Origin: Lingula anatina | Taxonomy: Eukaryota; Animalia; Brachiopoda | Reading direction: 5' to 3' | Assembly: GCA_051362555.1 (NCBI GenBank) | Contig: CM120641.1 | Location: 38,694,401 to 38,758,400, forward strand | DNA length: 64,000 bases | Part shown: piece after piece, positions 1 to 12,400 of the stretch | Layout: every line of letters begins with the position of its first letter | How positions within the stretch are numbered: the stretch's first letter is position 1 | Translations under genes and position numbers: made by a program | Notes under the pieces: generated by a model | The model's database searches: none | What the model was told of the DNA's origin: nothing | Seen by the model: only the letters and a program-made list of their open reading frames with translations

Positions 1-127
1 GGTATAGACACAGAACAAGTTCACAAATCAAAAGAAGATGAGCATGATTTTCATAAAGCATTTGAGCTTAATTTTAAGGCCGTCCTTGATAAACAACATG
101 ATAATATGAACATATATTTGTCCTTAG

Positions 128-1120
128 GTTGGTCCGCAACCATGGTTGTCACCACAGACAGATGCAGCCATCAAGGGACTTGCAAAGAAGGGTAATAAGA
201 ATATCCTGCTGGTACCCATAGCTTTCACCAGTGATCATATAGAAACCCTGTTTGAATTAGATCTGGAATATGGGCAGACATTGGCTGCTGAGGTGAGAGC
301 TGAGGCATTCCTGGGTGTTGTATGTATGTTGCAATTAACAGATAAAGCCTGCTGCCCAAGAGTCAGTTTAATTGTACAAGTTTCTTTTGTAGAAATGGAC
401 CTGCTGAGTCTTTGGGTGATGCACTTAGATAAAGATTAATGAAAGAGATGTTAATGGTATGCTCTAAAAGGGAATTTCCAAAAAATACTAAATGAAAACT
501 TGTTTTTCTCTATATTTTACAGGCTGGTGTAAAGATGATCAGGCGTGCAGCAGCTTTAAATGATCATCCAGTTTTTATACAGGTACAGATTTTTTCAACT
601 TTAACTCTTTGTTTGAAATATTTGGTAGTAAAGAGAAGGGGTTAGAAAATGTGGAAAATTATAATGGGTGCATATCTTTGTATTGGCTTAACAAGATTTT
701 TACCATTATGACAAATTATTTTGGTAAAAAGTCAGTGATACTTTATTTTAGTAATCACACTTTGATGATTTAAATTGATAGGGTAGATTAATTTTTTTCA
801 AACCAATGAAAGAAGTCCATGTAATAAGTTGTGAACCACAGATATATTAAAGTAGGGGATTGTTGCACGTCATGCATATTTCAGTTTTTAGTTTTCCTTT
901 TGATAAATATATAACCTTTTATTTGCAGGCCCTTGCTGATCTCGTTAAAGGCCACCTCCAGTCGAATGTTGCATGCTCTAAACAGTTACCATTGCGGTGC
1001 CCAGGGTGTGTGAATGCTACGTGTGGGCTGGCAAAAGACTTCATGGCTCGCAATCAGAAGTTATTAGATATTTTTCAGCAAGGAGACATTTTGTTGGAAA
1101 AGGAAAAAGCTAAAATGTGA
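128..1120 (+). CDS. FECH: Ferrochelatase, last three coding exons (gene begins upstream of the window)
   Basis: Exons 128-292, 523-582 and 929-1120 join in phase 0 via GT-AG introns: [11 protein letters not shown]...[23 protein letters not shown]...[26 protein letters not shown]...[11 protein letters not shown]. The [16 protein letters not shown] motif and the C-terminal C-x2-C-x4-C [2Fe-2S] ligands match animal ferrochelatase. AATAAA at 1253. Confidence 0.97.
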
Positions 1121-1380
1121 CTTTGTTAAGAGAGTTTATTACAATATAAATTGGTACTGCAGTTGCATGATTATTCATTCACAGTATTCTAAGAATCCTT
1201 AGAGATAGTAGTTGAAATCTAATTAATTTCACATTCGTTATTTCTTAACGTAAATAAATCCTGCATGGCCACATAGGTACTAAAAAAATGATACAAAAAT
1301 AGGAGTCTCTGCCAGCAAAACTTTCCATCATTTTGTTAGTATTATAAAGGAATAGAAATCTCTAAACATGCACTGTGTTC

Positions 1381-4300
1381 TTAATCACTCCAAATGTTAG
1401 TATCGGTCAGTTCCGACTCGTCGCTGCTGAAGTCCTCTTCTGAAGCGCAAGCATAGCAGATGTGCTGCAAAGAAAAAAACATTCTATCAACTTATTGATA
1501 TAACATGGGGGTAGTGGTTCTCATTTCATTTGTACCAAAATTGTAAAAATATAAATAAAAAGACAATTTCTTGTTGATTTCATTTGTTGCTTGTTTTGTA
1601 TTACCTTTACATCTTTCCAGCATTGTTTGCAATATACGAAGTTGCAACCAGGAGTGGCACAAATATGGAACTCTTTATTCTGGGGCTCTTCACAGATAAG
1701 ACAACGTTTTTTGCCCATGCCCATAATTTTAAGGCAGCTACATAGTCTGGGGAACTGGTTAATGAGGGCCACTGAGAGGTCTGTCCTCATCTGAAATAAA
1801 GTTATGGATTATTCAGTTTACAGCAGGGCCATTGCTGCAGGTATGGCTTATATTTTACCACCTGTTAGACAACAAGATTTCCGTGTGACATGCTTTTTCT
1901 CACTCACAGGTTGCGTGTACAAACATTACGTAAGTGACAACAGACCGATTGCTGGATGAATTCCGATTTCTTCACCAAGCACTTTCATGCCCATACGTTT
2001 CTTTTAACCCTTCAACTATGAAAGTGCCTCAAAATTTGGACAGTTTTCTCCAAAAAAAGTACTGTAGTGTAACTCTTTACTCTTACTGTAGAGATGGCAT
2101 GTCAATTTATAACCTAACCAATACATTGGCCATCTGTTCCAAAACTAAAGAATAAAGTAAATTCAATCTCATCGTTTGACGGGCGATTGCAAATAACAAG
2201 GAATTGAACGTACTACTTTCATACGGCCGCAATAACTGGTATGTTCCTTAAAAATGGAACAGGTAACCGTTACATGTTTTGTTTTTTAAAGTTACGAAAA
2301 TGCTACTACTTCCTTTCTAAAGGTTTTCAAAAGAGACGGTACATACACCACATGTAGGGTTCCAATACTCTGCAATTGCAACACGAGGTGCCTACACACG
2401 TGAACCCAACAATTGACGTATATTTCTTACCGAAAGTTTATTTTCTCTTGCCAAGGATTTTATTCTGTGGCGCATGTGACGTAGGAAACCTTTCCTTTTC
2501 TTGAGCATGTCGTTGTAAAGGTATAAGATGCGCTTTTTCTCTCGCTAGAATAGAAAAAGTGAATGGACATTAACGTTTGTTTCTTTCGAAATGTCATTTG
2601 CGAATAAAAGCTGTCGGTACTACAGGCGAGGGAACGACCACAGAGTTTTCTTCAACATTTTGTTAGTGCAATTATGTAATATCGAGGTAAACACTTTACA
2701 GTTGCGTCTTGACATTGCACAGAAAGGGGGAATATTGGGTTTTGTCTGCTCACGCTACCACCCAGCAATGATGCCTGACATTCAAAGCAACTACCTATTT
2801 GTTCCAAAACTAGTTATCACCACTCGATCATTTCCTCGATTTGTTAAATAGTGAGCTACCTTTGGATAAAAGAACGATGCCACTATGCGACGTAGCCTCA
2901 GCCCGTACGCTTCCAAGAACATGAGGAACCAGACGGCCAGGTATACAGCGACTATCTTCCATATGTAATCACTCGGCATCATACTGGGCTGGGGAAGACA
3001 TTCTGCAAAAGAGACTATTTTTAGTTGCTCTGGCCTAATTATCAACCTGCTAGTACTTGCTAGTTTGTGCTATAAAATGACATATTATTTCGGAAAATGG
3101 TTACACTTGGACACACTGATTTTTTTTCTGTGTTGCCTTTTTATCAAGGAATTTCTTGGTGCTTCAAACGAATGTTCTGAAATAATGTTATTGTCAGCAA
3201 GAAAAAAAGTTACTATATTATGTATGAATGTATGAGTATAACTAACCAAAGTTCGTGCTGTAGCTGTCCAGGATATGTTTGCGATTGAACCCCTTCAACA
3301 AGGATTTGACCATCTGGCCAATAACTCCTTTGCCATAAATGATCAGCTGAATGTGGTGCTCTCCTTAAAAATAACGAATTAAGCATTATACACAATCTAT
3401 ATTTTTTCTCCTCCGTCCTGAGTAATATGCAATCATTTCCTAAGATCACAGACAAACTCTATTCATGATGGTTGATATTGATTATTATATATGCAAAACA
3501 TGCAATGAGTTTTCGCGACTTAGTATTAATTGATTATGTAACTTCTTTTATGTAATCAAAGTAGCAATATGTAAGAGGTCATTCAGAACAGCAGACTAAC
3601 AGATCCGCGGATCAAATATGGACGATCCACTTGAATGTTTGTTGCGTAATCCCCGCGGGGAATCTATTCAGTGTCGAATCGCGAATTAAGTGGCTAGCTT
3701 TTTAGCACCATATTTGATCTGCGGATCTGTTACTCCGCTGTTCTGAATGCGCTCTAGGAGAACTATGGCTCTATTCCCATAGATTTTAGATCGATCTATC
3801 CCCGCAGGGAGTCTCACTAGATTACTGTCAGATAATCCGACTTAAATGTCCGTCCCGCCTACTACAAGCTGTAAGGGGGTAATTAACTTTCGTGTCCGCC
3901 CGGCTGACAGCTATTTAGCGTGAACCCCCAGGGAGTTAGGTCGATCTAAATTAGGTCGATCTAATCTATGGAAATGGGGTGTATGTTGCGTGCCCTAAAT
4001 GCTTTCATAAACTCATAAACTCCTCTCTCTCTCTCTCTCTTACCTGATTGGTGATATTCGATTTTGCTGTGACGTGATATAATGGCCAGCACTTCGTATA
4101 CCAACCGGTCTACAAATATGATTATCCCCGCAGTTATCAGACGCACAAAAAGAACAAAGGTGCTTTTTCCCTAAAAGTATATAAAATATGGTATTCTGTC
4201 AACTTAACCAAAAAATACATATTACAATTCTAACTGCTGTTTGATTTCGAAAAAGGACGCTCATTTGCTGAAGTGTTTTGTTCTTGTAAACTTTCAGAAG

Positions 4301-6185
4301 TGACTAAAGCAAGGATGGCTTAATAAACATTCTCATATAAGCAAACTATGCAACAAATACAGCTATCCTCCAGTTATTTTCTCACCAGTTTTGCCTTTTC
4401 CGGGCCCATCAATTTGACGTTTTGGGGTTCCACTCGTTCCTTTTTTTCTACTCTTTTCAATGGAAGCAGTGTCATTTTGTTCTAGAAATAAATACGTTTT
4501 TTGTTATTTTTGGCATCACAGACAACAAACTTGTCCGCTTAAAATGTATTATGAAGCTGTTATGCCGTTATGGACTCGTTATACTGTTATGCACAGTAAA
4601 CACTGCAGTGGAAAAAAAAGGGAAAAAAATAGGAAAAGTTGTCGTAAAAGAGCACCTGTTTATTTCTTCTTGCGTCTATCCTCTTGAAGTATTTTGAAAT
4701 GTAAATGTTGTCGTGGCCAAAGTTACTGACGTATCGTTTGTGGTAGGAATATGCCCTGGAATATAATGTTACATTGCCATTTATTCAACTGTTTGGTTAA
4801 GTTACTACATTGGCGTAATTGGAAGTGAATACATGATTTGAAATTTACAATGAAAAAACGCCAGTCTTGCTGCATGATTAGTTTAGCAACAGCTTGAGAT
4901 GATTTCTTCCCCACTTGAAAACAATCGCTAAACCAGTCAGTCTTAAGTCCTTAATGCTGTAAAAAAAAAAACTATATATACGTCATGAGTATAGACGTCA
5001 TGATATACAGGGGTAGATATTTAAATTATTATATTTTAAGTTTATGTATTAGTCCCCAATGTTACAAGCGAACAGCGTAGGTTGGAATTATACGAACCCC
5101 ATGCTGGTACCACGCTATGATATGTACGTTTTACCAATGTTGTCCCCATTTGTCACAATATGGTGTGTTTATCGGGGTATGACTTTAACCAATGAGGTTT
5201 TTTCATACGAGCTACATGCATGGAGCTTATTGCTTTTACCTACCCTATGAATACCCGGATGAATAGGAAGGCGAGTATTCTTTTGATCATCAAAGTAATG
5301 AAGTCAAACCATGTTTTGCGTTTTTCAAATTCATACTTTATGGCCTGCGTGACGTCTTGTGCACTCATCTGTTCCAGTTTCTCCACGCCAGTCGAAAGCT
5401 GGAACATTGAAAAGTGAATATTCAACTATGAGTCAATGTTTTTTTTCTAAGCTTTTAAAGATTTTTATCTTATAAATTGAAACACATGCAGCGGCTTGCT
5501 TTTGAGTTGGCTGCTCTTCAATAACAAATGTTTGACACCAAATAAGATCCCAAAGCCTGTTTTAAAATGTATAGGCTTGAATGTTAATCACAAAGCACCA
5601 TGCATTGTACCTTGTATTGCATGTTTACGTTGAATTTCTTATCAACTTCTTTGGCTGCTCTTTCAGCTGTTTCATAGCCATCTCCAAAACCTTTATTCAC
5701 TTCTTCCATGGAAGTACAGTCAATGCCAGTAAATGTCTGCATCCCTTTGGGAAGTATAGAAATAACCTTGGTTAATATGTAATGATTTATGTAAGATATT
5801 GAACTGATTACTTTTAGTGAAGTAGGCTATACGTATGAACTATTAATGTTGTTTTCAATAAACAGATATATCGTCACAGTGACGACTAAACGGTTTATCT
5901 CAATTGCATGGCTATACTTTCTATATATTCGACTAACACTCACATCTGATTACTTCGCACAGTGACTTAAGATTGAACAAGTCGCACAGATTTTTGATCA
6001 GGGGTATTGGGTCAAGAGCTTTTTTGCAATTTGTCACAACTTGATCGATTCTGCCTCTGCACCAGTTTATTCCAGCATTGTAGATATCTAGATGTAAAAG
6101 TAAAAAATGTAAATAATTATCATATATATAACAGGTCTAAACATATTCAAATATTACTGAGTGGTGTTGACACCAAATGCAATAA

Positions 6186-6231
<46 letters not shown>

Positions 6232-8355
6232 CAAATAACAGGCCCGTTTATAAGCTCAAAAATCATTTGTTAAAATGTTCTTTCTTGGTGTTTAGCTTTG
6301 ATTAGGTTTTCAAAATAATTAGAATCTCTATTATTGATTGATGGTATAAACACGTACACGCTACTTAATGAACATTAGATACTTTGAAGTATTTGATACA
6401 TTTAAATCTGTAAAATAATAGAGCTATGTAGCTTAATCTATAGGAAATAAAATCGCCACAAAATAGATAAATGGGTAAACAAACGTTCTTAGATTATTAT
6501 CAGCAAGCAGACCGATTATAATATAATTTGGTCATTGTGATATTCAGTAAATCAATGGGATTGTTTGTTTCGGTTTTGGAAACACCTCTGGATACACCGT
6601 GGCGCATTATGAACAATAACAGAGAAAACCAGTGTACCTTCGCATTTATAGTCCAGTTTTCTTTCAAATTTCTCTTCCTTCACCTGTCCCTTGGACATCC
6701 CTGGCTTAATCTTGTGACTTTTTTCGATCCTTTGACTTCTGCTAACTTTGAATCCTACGTCTGCTTCGTCCGTTCTTCTTTTCAGCTCGCCTGATTCCTT
6801 ATCAACCTCGACCTAGGATCAACAGGTAAGTATTTTATATAGATGTGGGCATTTATACCGTATGGAACCACCTTTAAGGACAATGATGTTTTAAAGTGCC
6901 AATGGCGACTCCCTTTTTGCTCGTTATACGCTCATCGTCATCGTTTCTGATATACACATAAACCCAGAGTGCTTTTTAAAGGGAAATAAATAAAAAAATA
7001 AATGAATAAATAAATAAATAAACAAAGGAAAGAAATGAAAAATACAAGATAATCGTGTAATACGATGTCACACGCAGCTTGTTCAAAGACCAAGTTACAT
7101 GTTTTTGTTCAGTTTAAGCGATTAAAGCGAACTTTGCTTACGAATTGTTCATTACTCTTAATGTCTCGATTTTTAAGAGCCCCGGCCCCTTCCCCGGAAG
7201 ATCCCCCCCCCTCCTTTCTCTTATAAAAAGAGATAAAAGCTATTTTGATTAAAGTATTTAGACTTTTTTGATTGAGGTATTTTACAACATGGCCGTTAGT
7301 GATAACAGCACAGAATACTGACCACCGTGAAGGCTTTCGTCTTACCTCAGTCTCAATCGGTTTAAATGCGGTTCTAATTTTGGCAGCGGTTTTCTTGATA
7401 AGGAGCGACTCCCTCTGCATATCCATTAGGGCGTGGTGTATGGGCTGAAACTTGAGATCCATTCTCTTCATTGTCTGGTTCATCATGAGCTCTGTGCTGC
7501 ACGATATCACTCTCGTCACTTCTTCTGCATTGAACATGATGTTGGCTATTGGTCCTGAAAATTATATGTAGAAAAAGGCGGCATAAAAATCTTAGACAGC
7601 CAATTTTTTGTTGTGTAATGAATGAATAGCTGTTTTAGTAATTGTAATCCCATCAACCAATTAGGCCTACTAGTACTTATTGAACAACAGTCCCCAACAA
7701 TCCCCATCCATAAATAGGCCTACATGTATATATGCATTTTTAGAAACTTTTAACTGTTAAATAGATTTGATTTATTCACTAAATAACAGTTTAAACATAT
7801 GATGAATTACATGATGATTGAATAATCATATTTGGTAATTCAAATAAGCGTACCTGTAAGGAGATAGGCGATGGCAAATGTCCCAATGAAAGAGCGCCCT
7901 TCTTTCCCAAAAAACTGTGGAATGACGAGCCCGGAAATGCAACGAACTTGTACAGACATGGCACAGCCCACTGCGAGAGCAAAAGCAAGCATTCCTCCAA
8001 GTGCATATCGCACAGTGTCTGCAAAAAGCATACGGTCTACCACGGCAAAATACAGGCCTGAAAAAGTGTATGACACTATTCAAATGAAATTACTAGTGAA
8101 GGGGTATAGAATACATCGAAAGTAATTCAAGCATCCTGAAACAAAGATTGGTCGAAAAAAATAGGTGCACATGGAGAGACCTCAATATAACGATTAATCA
8201 AAAAAATTAAAAAACTTACCGGCTCCTAGTGCCAAACCAAATGGGAACCCTATTAACGACTTTAACCATATGTATTCGTCAGGGCCACTCCTGTATATTC
8301 GATATAAAACAGAGCGCCTGTACGCACGCATACATTTCTGTATGCGTGCTCCCAT
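1381..8355 (-). CDS. DCST1: DC-STAMP domain-containing protein, DCST1/sneaky-like (sperm-egg fusion factor), about 15 exons
   Basis: Approximate exons: 8220-8355, 7854-8057, 7346-7554, 6638-6812, 5944-6087, 5611-5744, 5244-5398, 4656-4756, 4386-4481, 4044-4170, ~3248-3363, ~2860-3002, ~2431-2545, ~1604-1790, 1381-1464. Motifs: VRCISGLVIPQFFGKEGRSFIGTFAIAYLLTGPIANI, DNIYISKYFKRIDARR...TLLPLK, EAYGLRLRRIVASFFYPK and a C-terminal C4C4 RING-like CLICEE..C..PGC..VYCKQCW..C..C. GKEGR and the RING spacing fit DCST1 better than DCST2. Confidence 0.88.
3575..3754. mobile_element. MITE (non-autonomous DNA transposon) with ~45-bp imperfect terminal inverted repeats
   Basis: GAGGTCATTCAGAACAGCAGACTAACAGATCCGCGGATCAAATATGG at the left end is mirrored by CCATATTTGATCTGCGGATCTGTTACTCCGCTGTTCTGAATGCGCTC at the right end. 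Flanks are TAA/TAG. Lies in a DCST1 intron. Confidence 0.75.
3767..3981. mobile_element. PIF/Harbinger-like MITE, family A copy 1 (215 bp)
   Basis: Near-identical to 57717-57932. Imperfect TIRs GGCTCTATTCCCATAGATT / AATCTATGGAAATGGGGTG. Flanked by a 3-bp direct repeat TAT. Confidence 0.85.
6188..6228. repeat. (CA)n microsatellite
   Basis: Uninterrupted AC run in a DCST1 intron. Confidence 0.95.
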
Positions 8356-8384
8356 GTTTGACAGGCAACAACAGTTGTTAAGCT

Positions 8385-8453
8385 TGACGTCACTGACAAA
8401 AAAATGCGTCATCTTTATTTTAATAACGTGTTTGACATGACGTCACATGACGT
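8385..8453. promoter_or_regulatory. Cluster of CRE (CREB/CREM) motifs immediately upstream of the DCST1 start
   Basis: TGACGTCA at 8385-8392 and 8438-8445, plus half-sites TGCGTCA (8405) and TGACGT (8448). Confidence 0.55.
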
Positions 8454-8907
8454 TTTTTCCTCTAGAAGCGATGTGAATCTAAATGCAATTATATCGTAGG
8501 TCTACATAACACAAAAACCAACACTTTTCATCAACAGCGTTACATATTGGTAAGTCTTCATGATTTAAAAAAAAGTGCTTTTTTCTTTTTTTTTTTTCTT
8601 TTTTGTTCATAACTTATTGATGAAAAGATAAAGAAACCACATTTTTTTGCACGCGAAATCTACATTTTGCAACACTGCTTACGTACATACTGATTATTGT
8701 TCTCCGACAAGAGTAATCTGCGTCGATAGAATCGAAATGCTAATTATCGAACCTATGATGGCATTATCTGCCCTTATTACGCAAGGTACTGTTAAACGCA
8801 AAAAATGTAGATCTGTTACGATACATATATAGGCCCTACCCTATGGGTATGCCCGTGAAACTCAGAGTTGAGGTTCACACATCTCTCGTGTTTATTCATT
8901 TATTTAA

Positions 8908-8943
8908 GTGTGTGTGTGTGTGTCTGTGTGTTTGTGTGTGTGT
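8908..8943. repeat. (TG)n microsatellite, imperfect
   Basis: GT dinucleotide run with two interruptions. Confidence 0.9.
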
Positions 8944-9271
8944 ATAGTCCCATTCCAACTCTACAAACAACGTGACATTTTGGGGTGGCGTTTTTGTTCC
9001 TCCACTCTAACAATTATATAGCCTACTTACAGTAAACACCCAAGCCGTGCTGCGTACACCGTACATATCACTGTAAGTCTACTGTGTGAAAGGAGGCAAA
9101 ATACCAGAGTTAACTCTCTATACTAAACGTGCTTTTGCCTTCGTAGTTCATCCCCTTGAATTTATTAATACATTTTTTTCTTTATCACATATCTTTATGG
9201 CATCCATCGATATATCGAGTGACCGCCACAGAAATCATGTTAGTTCAAAATCCGAGTATAAAAAAATGTCG

Positions 9272-9341
9272 TTTTTTTTATTTTTTAATTTTATTTATTT
9301 ATTCATTGATTTATTTATTTTACTTTTATTTTTATTTTTAC

Positions 9342-9392
<51 letters not shown>

Positions 9393-9403
9393 TTTTTTTT
9401 TTT
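9272..9403. repeat. (TTTA)n / T-rich low-complexity tract
   Basis: Tandem ATTT units. Accounts for the spurious hydrophobic ORFs 9086-9466 and 9156-9413. Confidence 0.9.
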
Positions 9404-12400
9404 TGTCTTTTAATAAGCATAACCTTCCTTCTGTTTAGGGTAGCCACTTTAAACGGAATTTTGTAACTCAGAGACTTTAGAACCTCGCATCTCGACCAGG
9501 TCGCAATGTAGCAAGGGTAGTCATCACAAACAAAAGCTGTATTTTCTCAAACCACTCTTTGACCAATCTACGAAATTTTATTAGCAGCACAATCTACCCA
9601 AATATTGTTGAGTAAGCCATTTTTTTACAAGCTTAATGGTATTCAGTATATTGCGTAGTTTCGCGTTTTGTAACAGCTGGAAAAAACATGGGAAGAAGTC
9701 GTAGGTGCAAACCAACACCCTGTCAGTACCACAACCTCAACAACATGAAGTAATTAAAAAACGACAAAATGGGTTAACCTGATATACTAAAGCTATATGA
9801 CTACTTTGCTTGGTTGGTTGATTCGCTATTAGGCTCCATGGAGTTGCAATTCATTTTCCCTCAATAAGAGGATAGTTTGCTCAGTACCTAAGTTATTCTT
9901 TGAAGTATTGAAACAGAATGAGATTACTTAAGGCAGGTCAGTCCCTTGGGTTTTCAGCTGATGTAGTAGATAAGTAGCAAATGCCGTGATTGTGGGAATG
10001 GTAATAACTTTAAAGATAACCAACGATAACAGATGGCGCAAGTAAGATCAATTACAAAATTAACATTTGCAAAAGTGTATTATTTATTTTTTTCCCCTTG
10101 ATTTCAATTAAACACTCCCTAAATACTGATGCGACATTGTTACAGATTTCTTCTTACGACAAAAGTCATTATTTTCAGATTAAGATTTGGGATATTTTTA
10201 GCTGGACAAGATGTGCAGGCCATATTTGTTGGGTGAATGTCGAAGGATATGGGATATTATAAAATTAGCAATTTTTGTGCTCCTCTCCTTAAAGTAGGCC
10301 TAACCTTTTTTAAATATAAGATACAAGATAATCGCCCAAAATGTCAGTATTCCGTATTATTCCACTGAGGACTGTTGTTGTGGTGGTTTAATTGCTAAAA
10401 TTGAATGTCACTGTCATTTCATATAGCTTCTTTACATCAATTTAACAAGAAGGTGCCTGTCATGCAGCCTTGTGAAGCGTGTTTAAACCTTTCTGCGAAG
10501 TGATTATTGTTGTTAAATCTGGCTTGGTTCTTACGCATTTCGAAACCATGTACAGTACGCATTATCTTTTGACAAATTTTTGTGCAGTGCAATATACTCA
10601 TTTTCCGACTTGGTTTGGATTTTTCTGTAAAAACTGGATTTAGAACAATGTTAAGTAAGTTATACAATGGAGACCTTTCTTGGAATTTCTTTATAAACAG
10701 TTTAATTCCATTAGCTGATCACCTTCCGTGCGAAAAGAGTCGAAACATGTCAATCTAATGATAAATCACTCGATATGCTAATCGTTGTAGAGTGATCTTG
10801 ATAATGTGTATAGAGTAAAACCGCACCTATCATCTCGGGCAGACCAATCGGAAGTTCGAACCACTCAAATTAAAGACATCCTTTTTTCTCTTTCTCCATT
10901 GTTTTTATCATAACCTGCTCTGAGTCGTTTGCTTCTCTACGACCTGAATCGTGACAGCTCATTAAAGAAATGTTACGAAAATGTTCAAACAACAACAGGA
11001 AATAAGTTGGCTTAAGCTGCCAATCCGCTAATAAGACAATCGTGGTGGCAGCCTTGGTAGTGCCTGGTGGAACTGCGTGCGCTCTTCTTAATTGGACACA
11101 GGTTGATGGCAGGGAGCATGCTTTTATCAATATAGGTTATCATTTGGGTCGCGATACATTTGTTGGTCAAAAATGATGTTTAAAGCTGATATCCCCGATT
11201 ATGAGGCAACATATTGCCTATTCAAGTTATGAAATGTTCTTGTTTGTTCTATGATGTAAACGTGGTATCAGCTGAATGCCATTTGTCAATCGATGGTTTA
11301 TGTTTCTTGTTTCCGTTGTATTGATCACGGCGCTACATTTACAAAAAAGTCATAAACGAGCCTCTGTGGTCGAGGTTCTTTGCACGACGCTTTGTCGAGT
11401 TAGGGTTAACCAGCAAGAAGTTGTCGATGGTAGCTTACATGTGTCCTGCCAAAATATATGCGTTGCCAAAATAGGTAGGCCCCAGATGTGCATTCTACTG
11501 ATAACTCTCAAATGAATTTAGACTTTGTTCAAAATAATTTTCAAATGGGATGCTAAAAAATGTTTGAAGTTCAAAGCTCAAATTTCTGAAATATGATGGC
11601 TAAAAAGGTGCAATGTATAATAAACTTTTTTCAGTGTGGAGCCGGCCACTGAACCTGTATTTAGCGGGCGTAACATTAAAAACATTCTCAGGCCATCCCC
11701 TCATTTAACTACCCCATTGCAGTTATTTGTAAATTCATTCATATCTTTTTTAATGTTTTAAAATAAAACATTGCAATTTAAATATTTTATGCTTTCATAC
11801 TTGTTTATCACTAGACATGCCTATTTTGGCAGGCCGCCTGCTGCTGTCTGTTTCAATGACGTGGTGAGAGATATCTGGTTATGAAATACGACTGATTTTT
11901 ACCTAGATATTTTGATGTAAAAACTATGGTGTTATAGCTCAAATGAAAATCCCCCCCCCCTTTCAACTTAGATCTCCATAATATTTGTCTCATATTGGTT
12001 ACAGCCTCTATTTTTATTTTGTTTCCAAGATTAAAAGTACACAGTAGGCCTACGCCTTTAAAATATTCGCAGAGTTACACCTTCTATGTCTACATATCCT
12101 AATCATACACTAATCTTTCCGAATTCCGACCTTAAAACCCTACAAATACGAGCACCTGACGTCAAAAGTTACTTCTGATATATACAGAAAGAAATGGCGT
12201 TCTAAATGACTGCCCAGTTATTTACAACTAAAACACTGGAATAAAACATCAAATCCAAGTGCAAGGACGAGTCAAGCAATGGTTTGTGAATGGGAGAAAT
12301 TTGTCTTTTTCCAGAAAAAAATGGCGGATACATCCCTTATAGATTACCTTTAAATTTTCAATTTCCCCTCCCCCCTCCCCCCCCCCCCCCCCCCCAAAAA

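Noticed and set aside
5745-5768. Apparent non-canonical (AC-ending) or out-of-phase acceptor for a DCST1 exon
   Set aside because: A canonical acceptor tatttctatacttcccaaag|GG at 5745/5744 restores the frame (…VIR-W-MQTF…), so no anomaly is needed.
6820-6832. Perfect plus-strand donor CAG|GTAAGT inside DCST1
   Set aside because: It coincides with the pyrimidine/branch region of the minus-strand acceptor, and no plus-strand exon supports it.
9086-9466. Hydrophobic 126-aa and 85-aa ORFs resembling membrane proteins
   Set aside because: They are translations of the (TTTA)n microsatellite.
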